DNA of 64,000 nt from Marsupella aquatica (taxonomy: Eukaryota > Plantae > Marchantiophyta), in the NCBI GenBank assembly GCA_973895155.1, contig OZ316897.1:9509832-9573831 (forward strand), read 5' to 3'. Every line of letters begins with the position of its first letter. Position 1 is the first letter of the stretch. Position numbers and translations under genes: made by a program. Below the pieces are notes generated by a model, which worked only from the letters and a program-made list of their open reading frames with translations, had not been told where the DNA came from and did no database searches. Positions 35,163-46,277 of this stretch are shown piece by piece.

Positions 35163-38100
35163 ATGATGGCGACGTCTGTCGAGGATGGACATCCCATGAG
35201 CGTGGTAGATCAAAAAAATTCCCACAAGCTTCATGATGAGGTACGGGAAGAATTGCTTGTCATTGACAGACTATGCGTGATTTCACGATCATTCGATTCC
35301 TTGATTTCAGCTGAGTGTTGTTACTTAGACCCGAAGGCTCGAGAGATGGCAATTTTTTTTGAACTGCTGAGCGATTATTTTGCTTCCCCTTCAATGATCC
35401 GAAAGGTAGGAATTCACCGTCAGTCTTGGAATTCTAGGAGCTCTTTCAATTATTGACTCCAGTACTGACTACATTCTGTCCAGTACGTACCTGCCTAAAC
35501 TCTCAGTCATGAATGTGATTTCTATACGAGTAAACTTAAAATCTGGCAATTGAAATGTAGGCAAGTCAACTTCAGTACCATGCGAAAGGGTTCCGAGTTT
35601 CCGTTGTTAAGGTGTGATCTTTGTGGACGTGCGCAGGATGACGAAGAAAGCGACGACGGCTTCGCACTACCTTTATCGGGATCCCGGAATGCCAAATGGT
35701 GGTACGCCACCTATCACAATATTGCGGCCGTTGTGGGAGCCGGAGTCCTTGGTCTTCCAAGTGCAATGGTGTATCTTGGCTGGTGAGTTATTGAGATCAA
35801 TCAACGCATCCACGGCTTTCATTTTATTGCCATAGATCTCTAGCTAGAATCAGTATGTCAGAGTTTTTGGATAGTAGCTACTCTATCCAGTTGCAATAAG
35901 TTGACGAGTTATCTATTGACTTGCCGCAGGTGGGGAGGGATGGTCGTCCTGGTGATGTCGTGGTTCGCCACTCTGTTTACATTATGGCAAATGGTGCAGA
36001 TGCACGAAATAAGGAACGAAAACGGGAAAGTGGAGAGAATGGATACTTACCATCAGCTTGGGCAAAAAGCTTTCGGGCGGAAGCTGGGTCTGTGGATAGT
36101 TCTGCCACAGCAAATAACGATGCAAGTTGGGACGAACATCGTGTATATTCTCTCAGGAGGGAATGCACTCTGGCGGTTCTACCAGCTGATGTATTGTAAA
36201 GACATTAATCCGGTGGCCGTAGGAGCCGGAGACCAGTGCTGCGGAAAACTTGGGAAAACGACATTCACTGTCTTCTTTGCCTTGTTTCAGCTCGTCCTCG
36301 CCCAGCTCGGGAATTTCAACTCCATTGCAAACATCTCCTTAATTGCATCTGTGATGTCTATCAGGTATAGCCTTCTTTTGCATTGTCACGTACGGTAGAT
36401 TTCCTATTGATGCAGACAGGGATCGACTGATTGACCATCTAGTGTAAGCAAGCAGACGTCCTGTCGTCCTGTGCATACTATGTATGTTAAAAGATTTCGA
36501 TTCTTGCACACGATAGGGAGTTTGTCTTCCAGGACATATTTTGTGTTGTTTGATCCTCCAGACAGTCTATAGTTCTCTGCGTAGGATCCCAATTCCTCTG
36601 ACCACTCGTTCCTTCAGCATGCATAAAGTTCAATACTGATTGTTGGAGTGCAGCTATTGTGCCATTGCTTGGACCGACTCTCTGCATTTGGGCAAGTCTA
36701 ATCGTTCAGGGTTTGCCGATCCCACAAAGGCTGTGGCCGTTTGCCCAACTTCCTACCAATTTTCTCACAACACGGCAGGGTATACTCCTCACATCACAGA
36801 TGTGGACCAAGTGTTTGGAGTATTCTCCGCCCTCGGAGTAGTAGCTTTTGCATATGCTGGTAATAATGTTGCCCTCGAGATCCAGTCGACCTTGCCATCA
36901 ACCTCAGAACACCCGTCCAAGGTTCGGATGTGGCGTGGTGTGATGGTAGCATACATAATTGTTGCAATATGTTACTTTCCTGTGGCATTTGCTGGCTATT
37001 GGGCATTTGGCACCGGCCTGACTTTCCGGGGAGCTTCACCTGGAAATCCAACGACCGGAAATATTTTGCTTCAGTTGGGTGAGCCAGGAGAATTAATTGC
37101 CACGGCCAATTTGTTTGTTGCAATCCATATGGCTGGCGGTTACCTGGTATGCACACTGTCACCTTGCCGTGCGAGCTTCCCATCTTCTATGGACGTTTTG
37201 GGCCCCGAATAGTAGCAACAAGGAATTGTGCTTGTGAGAATAACTTCACCTGCAAGAAAATACAGTTCTCGAGAAATGGTTTTCGAACAGATACTGTATC
37301 AATATCTCATCCAAATTGAACCAATCTTAAATTAATGGGTCTGGGTAATGAATATGAGACAACGAGTGGGTTGCGTCCTTGCAGGTGTATGCAATGCCAA
37401 TGTTCGAATTGATGGAAAAGATTTTGGTAATTAAGTTTCGCTTCGCGCCTACTCCTCCGGATTCTACTTCACTGATGAGACTTGTCATGAGAACAATTTA
37501 CGTCTGTAAGTTCACCATTGAGAACATTTCCCCCCACTCCTTTTACGTTTCTAGATCGTGTCATCCGATGCCTGTTTTTTTTTTGGTTTGCCTTGAATAC
37601 CAAAAGCTGACCCATACACCAGAGGAACCCATACACCAGAGGATAGACGATCAACTCTGGAGCATGCCTAGGCTGAAGAGAAACCAGGACTCCCCCTACT
37701 ACACCCCACCCACACTCACCCTCCACAACCCTTGCATGTGGAGGGGGGATTGAACCGGGACCTCTTGGTTCTAGGCTCATCCCCTGGCCAACTGACCAGT
37801 GCCAATTGGTACTGACCAGTGCCAATTGGTTGATGCCTTTCCTTTTGCTGTTTGCGGAATTCTAGATCGTGCAATTTTGAAGTAAAGCAACACCTCTGTG
37901 GTTGTTTATGTTTCAGGTTTGACGGCATTTGTAGCTGTGACTTTTCCTTTGTTCAATGATTTACTCGCTTTTGTGGGAGGATTTGCAATCACACCGACCA
38001 CTTACTTGGTATGTGCTCTGAATTCACCTCCAAGCTAGAGATAGAATGATGTTAGGCATGCACTTGTTTTTGGTCTTGCATATCCGGTTTATAATTATAG

Positions 38101-39812
38101 AAGAAGTCGGCCATGCACTATTCTTGTCTTGTTTTTGGTCTTGCATATCCGGTTTATAATTATAGAAGAAGTCGGCCATGCACTATTCTTGTCTTGTTTT
38201 TTTTGTTGCCTTGAAACCAAAAGGGGACCCACCCATCAGACATTTACTTTGGAGCATGTAAGTTCCTCTCTAGGATAGCCACAAGGGGTCTGTAGGGTTT
38301 ATTGGATAAGCATGGAACCTGGATATCCAGTGGGGACTCCTACCAGGAGGGAGAGAACCAGGGCCCCGAAAGAGTACTAGGGGCCAAAATAAACCAGTAC
38401 TCCCACGACTACACCCCACCCACATGTACATACCCTCCACACCCCTTTAATGCAGAGGGGGAGAGGGGGAATTGAACCTGGGACCTCTTGACTCTAGGCT
38501 AATCCCTTGCCCAACTGCCCTGCCCAACTTCCCTAAGCCAGTTGTTTTTTTGTTGTAGTGCCTTGCATAGAGCGCAACATTGACTTCTTTCCACATAACA
38601 AACAGATTGTGAGGTTGTGAAGCCATCATTTATCAAACACTCTCATCAATTGCTGTCAGAGGTCTGGCTGAATTAGAAAACATACCACCATCAGTCACTC
38701 CCACCAGCCAACTTTCCTCTCGTTAGTCACTTTTTCAATTTCACTTGGCGGCCTCACAGAATTGAAATTTTTTCACTTAGTTGGCTGACCTCACTGAGTC
38801 ATGTTTTCACTCAAAGCCTCGCTGAGTCTAGAAATGTTCTCTTGGCTAAGCTCACTGAGTCACTTTGTCACTGGACAGACTCGCCAAGTTGGAAATTCCA
38901 CTAGGGTAACCTTGCTGAGTCACCTTGTCACTCTATGGCCTCATCACATGAATTTTTTGGGGGAAAAGGTCCACTCACTTTTTCAATTTGGCGGCCTGCT
39001 GAATAGGAAGGTTTAGACATGATCAAGCAAGTGGAACTTTTCCCAAAAAAACATCATAAGTGAAAGAATATCAAGCAAACAAAAATCAAAATCCATAATA
39101 ATCAAACAGATTGATAGCTTGAATTTGAAGGGTGTACTACAGTTTATGGTGTCAAAAAATAAAATAAGTTGGTGTTTATGTGTAAAGATTCAGTGATCTC
39201 AGAAACATTATATTCATATTTGAGAACTATATCATTAGAATAAACTTTGAGTTTATTCATGTTTGTTTGACTGGTACCAAAATGCTTTGTATGTGCAGTT
39301 ACCTTGCATCATATGGTTACAATTAAGGAAGCCCAAGCCTTTCAGCAAATCATGGCTGATCAATTGGGTAGGTATTGTTTGGCAAGGGATCTTCCAAACC
39401 ATGTTTGCTCTTCCATTTTATACTTCTTCTTTTAGAAACAAAAATGAGGTTTCCCATAATGTTGTCATGAATAGGAGAGTTGTTAATTTGACATCTTTGG
39501 TTTACTATCCAATCACGCTGTTGAGTGTTGATTTCCATTATTTTACAAATTTTCTAATCTATGCAGGTTTTGATTGTTATCGGCGCCCTCCTTGCAATCT
39601 TTGCGACAATAGGAGGGTTGAGGAACATTATTGTGGATTCTTCCACTGAGAGACTTGACTTTGATTATCTAAATTGTACTAATACTATTGAGTACCCTAA
39701 AGAATGTACTCTTGTACAGGAGATTGCTACTAGTAAGTATGACTATTATAGTAATTTCAAGTGTAGTAGCACTCAAATTTTCAACACAACATGTACATTC
39801 CACTTTGAGTAA
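35163..39812 (+). CDS. LHT: Lysine/histidine transporter-like amino acid permease (AAAP family); proposed exons 35163-35240, 35637-35782, 35930-36364, 36654-37146, 37385-37505, 37917-38008, 39299-39367, 39567-39812
   Basis: LHT motifs [125 protein letters not shown]. All junctions are GT-AG and in frame. Confidence 0.92.
37574..37831 (-). mobile_element. tRNA-derived SINE copy 1 (LHT intron 5)
   Basis: Minus strand has A-box-like TGGTCAGTTGG, B-box GGTTCAATCCC and a 3' end CTTTTGGTATTCAAGGCAAACC plus an A-tract. Possible GATGCCT TSD at 37567-37573 and 37832-37838. Confidence 0.7.
38066..38195. repeat. Perfect 65-bp tandem duplication next to the SINE tail
   Basis: GTTTTTGGTCTTGCATATCCGGTTTATAATTATAGAAGAAGTCGGCCATGCACTATTCTTGTCTT at 38066 and 38131. 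Confidence 0.9.
38197..38525 (-). mobile_element. tRNA-derived SINE copy 2 (LHT intron 6)
   Basis: Homologous to copy 1: GGGCAGTTGG, TAGCCTAGAGTCAAGAGGTCCCAGGTTCAATTCCCC, GGGTGGGGTGTAGT body, and the shared tail CTTTTGGTTTCAAGGCAAC plus an A-tract. Confidence 0.7.
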
Positions 39813-40029
39813 TGTTTCCACCTCAGGAGGACGGTGGGGTGTACCTCCCAAATGAAATTTCAAAACAATTGGGTTATGTGTCATACAGAGTAATTGGAAT
39901 GGAAACATGAAACATTACATAGACATAAAAGGCTGGGCTTGGATAACATGATAGTAATCTCAGCATGATATAGATACTTGGTCAAGTAATCATTTGATCA
40001 TCTGGAAGAACCACCTACTGTAGAGATGA

Positions 40030-40626
40030 GAGGCATATGCTTGATGGACCCTTAATTTGAATGGTGTTACTTGATGGGACCCCGAGCAATCTAGACCCTT
40101 GATAGACCTTGATAGATATTAAATCAACGTACCCAAAACCTCATGGGGGTTGGGGAGAAAAGTTTCACTCAAAATGAAAAATGTTACTTGATGGGACCCC
40201 TTGTGATCCAGACAGTTGATAGACCTTGAATCAAGGTACCCAAAAACCTCATGGGGTTGGTTGTGGAGAAAATTCTGAATCTAAAATAAAAAGTGTTACT
40301 TGACGGGACCCTGGAGTGATCCATACCTTGATAGATCTTAAATCAATCTACTCAAAACCTCATGGGGATGGTTGAGGAGAAAATTCTGGTTTAAAACTAA
40401 ATTGATTGGGGAGAAACATGTGGTTTAAAACAAAAAGTGTTAAAAAGTGTGAATTGGCAGACCCTGAGTGAGTGATCCAGACCACTCATAGACCTTAATA
40501 GATTTTAAATCTAAATACCCTAAACCTCGGACCTGAGTGAGTGATCCAGACCCTTCATAGACCTTGATAGATCTCAAATCCAGATACCCAAAACCTCATG
40601 GGTCTATCAAGGAAATACCTACAGTA
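40030..40626. mobile_element. Putative MULE-type MITE built from ~115-120-bp internal tandem repeats
   Basis: Imperfect ~20-bp TIRs (GGCATATGCTTGATGGACCC / GGGTCTATCAAGGAAATACC). Flanking 10-bp direct repeat GTAGAGATGA at 40020-40029 and 40627-40636. The unit TGTTACTTGATGGGACCC...GATAGACCTT...CCCAAAACCTCATGGG repeats 4-5 times. Confidence 0.55.
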
Positions 40627-41194
40627 GTAGAGATGATGAGGCACACTCAAGGCCGTGGGTTTTACAAGATAATGAATGTGATTTTTGTTCAATGTGGGGT
40701 CTATGTATGGAGGCGAGGTCTTAAAAATTGGCAACACGGAAGAGTTAGATTTGATGGTTTCTGAACATTCGACACAACGATGAGCTTGAAATGTGGTCAC
40801 AGATGGTTTCTTATTCGAGTTCACGAACAGGATTTTCTAATCGATCATCCCATGACGGCGTCCTGCAGCATTTTCCCTCCAGAACATTATATTTATCCCG
40901 TCTCGAGAAATCTCGAGAAGACGTTCTGCCTCGCTAACATGGTCACGGATCGGATGGGATCAGGCGATGTCTGTAAGCTTCTTCAATTGGACCTCCGACT
41001 AGAACTTCGCATCGCACTCTTTGTTGTCACTCTTTGTTGTCACTCTTTGTTGTCTAATTGATTGGATTGCGTTATCGAGAACGGACTGACCTTCCTGTAA
41101 AATTCGTATTTCACTTCAATATGCACTCCGAACTCAACACCGTGCTCATGGTTTGTGTACCGAGCTCATCGTAATATTGATGCGTTTGTGCAGT

Positions 41195-42125
41195 CGCGGC
41201 ACAGCAATTCGTCCGCACATTGTAGAACAGAATACACACAACTCGTCCGCGCATCGTAGGACAGAATCCACACAACTCGCCCGCACATTGAAGAACAGAA
41301 TTCACACAATGTTTTAGCACATTGTAGAACAAAATCCACACAACTTGTCCGCACATTGTAGAACAGAACGTACACATTTTTTTCGCACATTGTAAAAACA
41401 GCATCCACACAGCTCGTCCGCACATACGAAAGCCCATTGTGGAACAGAATGCATACCACTCGTCCTGACGTTGTAGTTTGGCATTTTCAACGCATTGTCC
41501 TAGAAGAAAAGTTTGACTCCATTTTAAAATATGCATATGCTCGAAGAGATGGCCAACAGCCTGCTGGGTTTTCCAGTGGTGGCGCACATCGTACACCAAA
41601 AGCACATTGTCGAACAGAATGCAAACAATTCGTTTGCAAGTCGTGGAACAACAGCACATTGCCGAACTTCATACAAACAATTCGTCGGCCCATCGCAGTA
41701 CGAAAGCAAATTGTGGAACAGGAATTCGTCGGCCCGTCGCAGTACGAAAGCAAATTGTGGAACAGGATGCATGCCACTCGTCCTCACGTTGAAGTTTGGC
41801 ATTTTCAACGCATTGTCATAGACGACAAGTTCGACTCCATTTTGAAATACGCATATGCTCGAAGAGCTGGCCAACAAGGAAATAGGAAAGTCATGGCCAG
41901 CTAGGAAATAGGAAAGTAATGGCCAACATGCTGCTCGGGTTTCCAGTGGTGGCGCACATTGTCGGACAATTCAGGCACATTGCACATTGTTTGCAGGACA
42001 TCGTAATAGAAAAGCATTACATTGCAGGACATCGTAATAGAAAAGCATTACATTGCAGGACATCGTAATAGAAAAGCATTACATTGCAGGACAAACAATT
42101 CGTCGGCACATCGCAGTAGAAATGC
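41195..42125. repeat. Complex tandem repeat block, probably transposon-derived
   Basis: About 7 copies of a ~32-bp CGTCCGCACATTGTAGAACAGAAT unit, a ~320-bp-period duplication (41437/41755), and three 31-bp ACATTGCAGGACATCGTAATAGAAAAGCATT units. Confidence 0.75.
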
Positions 42126-44139
42126 AGTATGTTCGACCATGTAGTTCATTTTCTCGAGTATAAGCAACACTAATTGAAGATTGATTCCGATTAGAGATGT
42201 AGGTGGTGGACATCATCCTGATTTTAGGTTTCAATGGTGGCGCTCCGTGAGGAGCAATCCAAATATTGGAATATGCCGCGTTTGTGACCCGCGCACGGTA
42301 TTCTTTAGTAAAAGGCGAAAGAATAGTTCGCTCTGTGCTGATCACACGGCTGATGATTGAAACAGGGGAACTGCCCCGGGTTTTGTCCAATGTGTTGCCG
42401 TTTGTTGGTGTTGAGCTTATGGTCTTATTCCCATCGGGAGCAGCAGGACGTCGAGTGCACCCTCGGGGTGACATTTCCCTCGAGAATAAGCTCTTTGTTG
42501 GTTCTGAGTACGAGGCTTTTGCTTAGAATAAATGGTTCATGTGCACCCTCTTGGAGACAATTTAGAGCCAACTTGCATGTAGCAGCCCTCAACATTGTGG
42601 CCCTCAACATTCAGGAAACAATCGGGAAAGAGTAGATCTGCCACCCTGCAATGTGTCAAGTGCACAAGGCTGGTTGTATTCCTCCTCCCTTAACAAAGCT
42701 TATACAGGGCACACTTTGTTTGCTTATGAAGTTTGAGCTTGGGACCTCAAGTGCTTGAAAGTTTCCGGCCCTTGCCCTTGTAACTCCACAAATTTTGCCG
42801 TCAGGACTGGCACAGGAGGGGGTTCAGGCATGTAACTCTTGCTCACTTATATGTTGGCATGAGTCAGGTTCAGGACCTCTCACTTGTGACTTGGCTCTTA
42901 GAGTAACTATGGGGATGGTGCACCTTGGGGATTTACTAGACTAGCTCGAGTAACGGGTGCATATATGTAGGAAGGGCTCCCGATACTATAGACTCCCCAT
43001 GCCGGTCCCTACTTACAAGCATAGTTTACATATTCAAATTTTCAGATACAACCTATGGCTTCACTGTAGGAGTAGGTCATGAATAGTACACTTCAATCGT
43101 GAATTATAGTATAGAGGGGCATCTCCCCTATTGCCTGTTTTAATACCAGCAATGACCAAATTGACCAATGGAGGTTCACATTTGCAGTGTTTGTGCCCCA
43201 TCAGTACTCCATCTCCGGAAGTTTCTTGGTGGATGAGCACCCTGCCTGGACTGCTGGCTGCCATATTTGCTGCAAAAATTGCTTGCCATACTGGACTGCC
43301 TTCCCCAAACAATCAACTGTTCATGTAGTTTAATGCAGCACTCAATGTAGTTCCACTACTGTACCTCAAAGAAGCACTGGCCCAGAATTACCTCTTGATA
43401 AAAAATTGCAGACGACAGGATATAGAGGGAGAGTATTACAGTTTCAGAATGGTATTTGTGGAATTTTGTACTCCATTTGAGCACCTTGGGAGTTTGGGTT
43501 TCTTGAAAGTTACATGGCTTTCAAAACTGCCCCTAATTGTTTTGAATTTGCAAACATTTATCCTTCTCAGATGGCTTGATCATCATTATGGAAGGTTCTG
43601 GCTTAACACTACTCCAACATGTCCAGTTGTTTAGATTTCCCTGTTACACAACATTATTCTGAAAGGAGCACTTTGCTTATAAGAGGAGTCAAAACCCAAG
43701 ATAAATAGGGACACTCTTTTCTGTCAAATTAGATAGTTTGCCACTCTTTTTAAGTTTAATTATTATGTTCCTGCTTTTCTCCACTGCTGCAGTGACTCTA
43801 GCCGGTTTGGAATGATCCAACAGTCAACCTCCTGCCAGTTTTTGTCATTGGACAGTTGCCATGATCCTTGACTTAAACACAACACCATGGCCCATCCTTG
43901 ATTAGGGGGGATGGGGGAGCAGGGCAGCCAACCAGGAGGGGCAGAGCAAGCTGGGGCGGGAGTAAGAGACCCAACCCAATGTCTAGGGTTGGACAGCTAA
44001 TTGTGGTCAGGGTAGAGGACATGGACCCAGTTAAGGTAAACCCAAACACCTTGCGCCCCCGCCCCCCACCCCCACAACTGAAGTCTCTAGATTGCCATTA
44101 TATAGTAAATCTTAGATCTAGCCAAACCCAAAGAGAAAA

Positions 44140-44400
44140 ACATGATGGGCCCTTCTTTTATGGAGGCAAAATAATGAGAGAGAAAAGTGGTAGAAACCTT
44201 GGCCCACTCACCCCGATAGCATGGATAGGCAGTCGCAACATTCTCCTATCGGAGTCCCGCATTGGCCGTACTCGGTCCAGGCCCTTATCATCTGCCCGTA
44301 CTGCCCGCTTGCGTCCCGCTGCCCGCGGTCTGCTTATCCACACTCTCATCCGCCTCGTCCCTCCATTCCGTCCCCGCATTGGACCCCGACTCGTGACCCA
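44140..44400 (+). promoter_or_regulatory. Putative light-responsive PsaE promoter
   Basis: Two inverted I-box cores (CTTATC at 44284 and 44333), inverted CCAAT boxes (44261, 44378), site-II-like TGGGCC/GGCCCA, and repeated TGCCCG motifs, 300-550 bp upstream of the ATG. Confidence 0.45.
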
Positions 44401-44688
44401 ATCCCCCCTCCCTCCTCTGTGTCCCCACTACAGTAGTAGTGCTCCCGTCGGTTCCGTGCTCGCCATCGCTCCCGTTCACAAACACCTTCGTCTCGGAGCC
44501 CAGCACAAGGAAGCGAAGCGGACTGATTCGAAGTGAAGTGAAGTGGAGCAGTGGATCACTGGATCGATTGATTTGGTTGGTTGGTTGGTTTTTGAGACCA
44601 ACTTCATTCACACTTCTTGAGGGATTTAGAGGAATTGTGGTGGTGGAGGAGAAGGAGTGGAACAGAGGAAAGGACAGAGGGGGAAGAG

Positions 44689-45114
44689 ATGGCACAGAGC
44701 ATGGCGTGCGTAGTGAGCAGTGGAGCGTTGAAGCTGGAGGGATTGGCAGCTCCCTCGTCGTGCAATGCGCGAGTTCAGAATGTGAACATGTGGGCGCAAT
44801 GCAGGAGCAGCAGAGTGGGCGGTGCTTGCTTCCCGAGACTCGTCGTCAGGGCGTCGGAAGAGCCGGCAGCTGCGGCTCCTCCCGCCGAAGTGAAGGCTCC
44901 GCCTCCGGAGAAGAAGGAGCCCATCGGGCCCAAGAGAGGCTCGACGGTGAAGATCCTGCGCCCCGAGTCGTACTGGTTCAATGACACCGGCACCGTTGTT
45001 GCGGTCGACCAGGCCTCCGGAGTGAGATACCCTGTCGTTGTGAGGTTCACCAAGGTCAACTATGCCGGAGTATCGACCAACAACTATGCCATCGATGAGC
45101 TTGTGTCTGTGTAG
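44689..45114 (+). CDS. PSAE: Photosystem I reaction centre subunit IV (PsaE) with a plastid transit peptide, single-exon CDS
   Basis: Transit peptide ends RLVVRA, then an Ala/Pro-rich linker, then [57 protein letters not shown]. Confidence 0.97.
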   Translation: MAQSMACVVSSGALKLEGLAAPSSCNARVQNVNMWAQCRSSRVGGACFPRLVVRASEEPAAAAPPAEVKAPPPEKKEPIGPKRGSTVKILRPESYWFNDTGTVVAVDQASGVRYPVVVRFTKVNYAGVSTNNYAIDELVSV

Positions 45115-45389
45115 ACGACACAAGTTGTTTATGTACTTTACGTCACTGCTCTAGATATATGTACATGTGTGTGCGGACTCTCTGTTTTCTACAGAATGGC
45201 CAGGGATGTGTGAATTCATAATTTGACGAAGTTTCTACCGAATGGCCGTTCTGGGCTCAAGCAATGGCTGAAATCAAGGCTCGTCTCTCTTCTAAGTGCA
45301 GCATTTACCATGACAAGCACTGCCCTAAGTGAGATTATGATTTGGCGATTTTTCTGGCGTCGTTTTGTCAATCTTCTTGCATTGAAGTT

Positions 45390-45720
45390 TTCTCTCGTAT
45401 ACTCTGGCCTCTTGATTGAAAAGGCATTAGAGAATGTTTAGAATTGCTTGATCACTTAATGTCTTCGTGCAGAAAACGTTCCTCTCCTATAGTCTCAGCT
45501 TTCTTGTGTAGTTGAGCCTCTCGTATACTCTCTCAGCTCGATTGGAAAGGCATTAAACAACCAACAGAAATTATGTGCTCACTCAATGTCTTTGTGCAAG
45601 AAAGGGTTCCTCTACTACACTCAGCTTGCTTGTGTAGCTGATCCTAACGTGTACTCTCTCAGCTCGATAGGAAGGACAAACTTCAGAATTTCTTGATCAC
45701 TCAATGTCTTTGTGTCCAGG
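45390..45720. repeat. Degenerate ~128-bp tandem repeat, 3 copies, downstream of PsaE
   Basis: CGT(A/G)TACTCT...GAAA(A)GG...AGAA.T..TTGATCACT(T/C)AATGTCTT.GTG recurs at ~45395, 45522 and 45650. Confidence 0.65.
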
Positions 45721-46277
45721 ATCTTGCTTTTCAGAATTTGGTGTTCACAATTGAGGGAAAGTTCTCTTCCAGGGTGGCTAATTAAGATGAAAGGCAACTG
45801 AAAAAACTTAGAATCACTCGGCACCTATTTGTTTACCGCAGTCTACTCGGTGCACCAGAGTGCATGAGGCACATGACTGACGCGCATCCACAGACAAACC
45901 AACTCCAGACAGCACAACTTGACTATTTGTATGCCTACCCACTTATGAGCGGGACGCAAAAGACTTTAGCATATCTGCAAATGTTGGAGATGCCAAAATA
46001 ATAGTAGCTCTTGGGATAATTGAAAATGAGGCTCTTCAATGATGACTTAGATTTTCTACCTTCCAAAAATTTGTCAGCTGCAACAACTCGCCTACTCGTA
46101 TTTACATTCTTAACAGTGGAGGACCATGTACCGTCCGTTTATGCCACTTACGGTAGAAGGCGAGACACTGAGAACTTAAACAGGGTGTCTTTCTATTCGT
46201 GAGTACTAATTACACTAAATGCACAGGCCACGAGGGAGAATGTAACTGCATTCTTAGAATTCTTTTCGAGTCGCCCA

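Noticed and set aside
37745-37805. tRNA-like sequence as a real tRNA gene
   Set aside because: No convincing acceptor stem or cloverleaf; it continues into a shared body and A-tail in two copies, which fits a SINE.
41111-41904. ORFs of 97-182 aa on both strands
   Set aside because: Produced by tandem repeats; no recognisable domain.
43898-45123. 212-aa, 181-aa and antisense ORFs around PsaE
   Set aside because: GC-rich promoter/UTR and alternative-frame shadows of PsaE.
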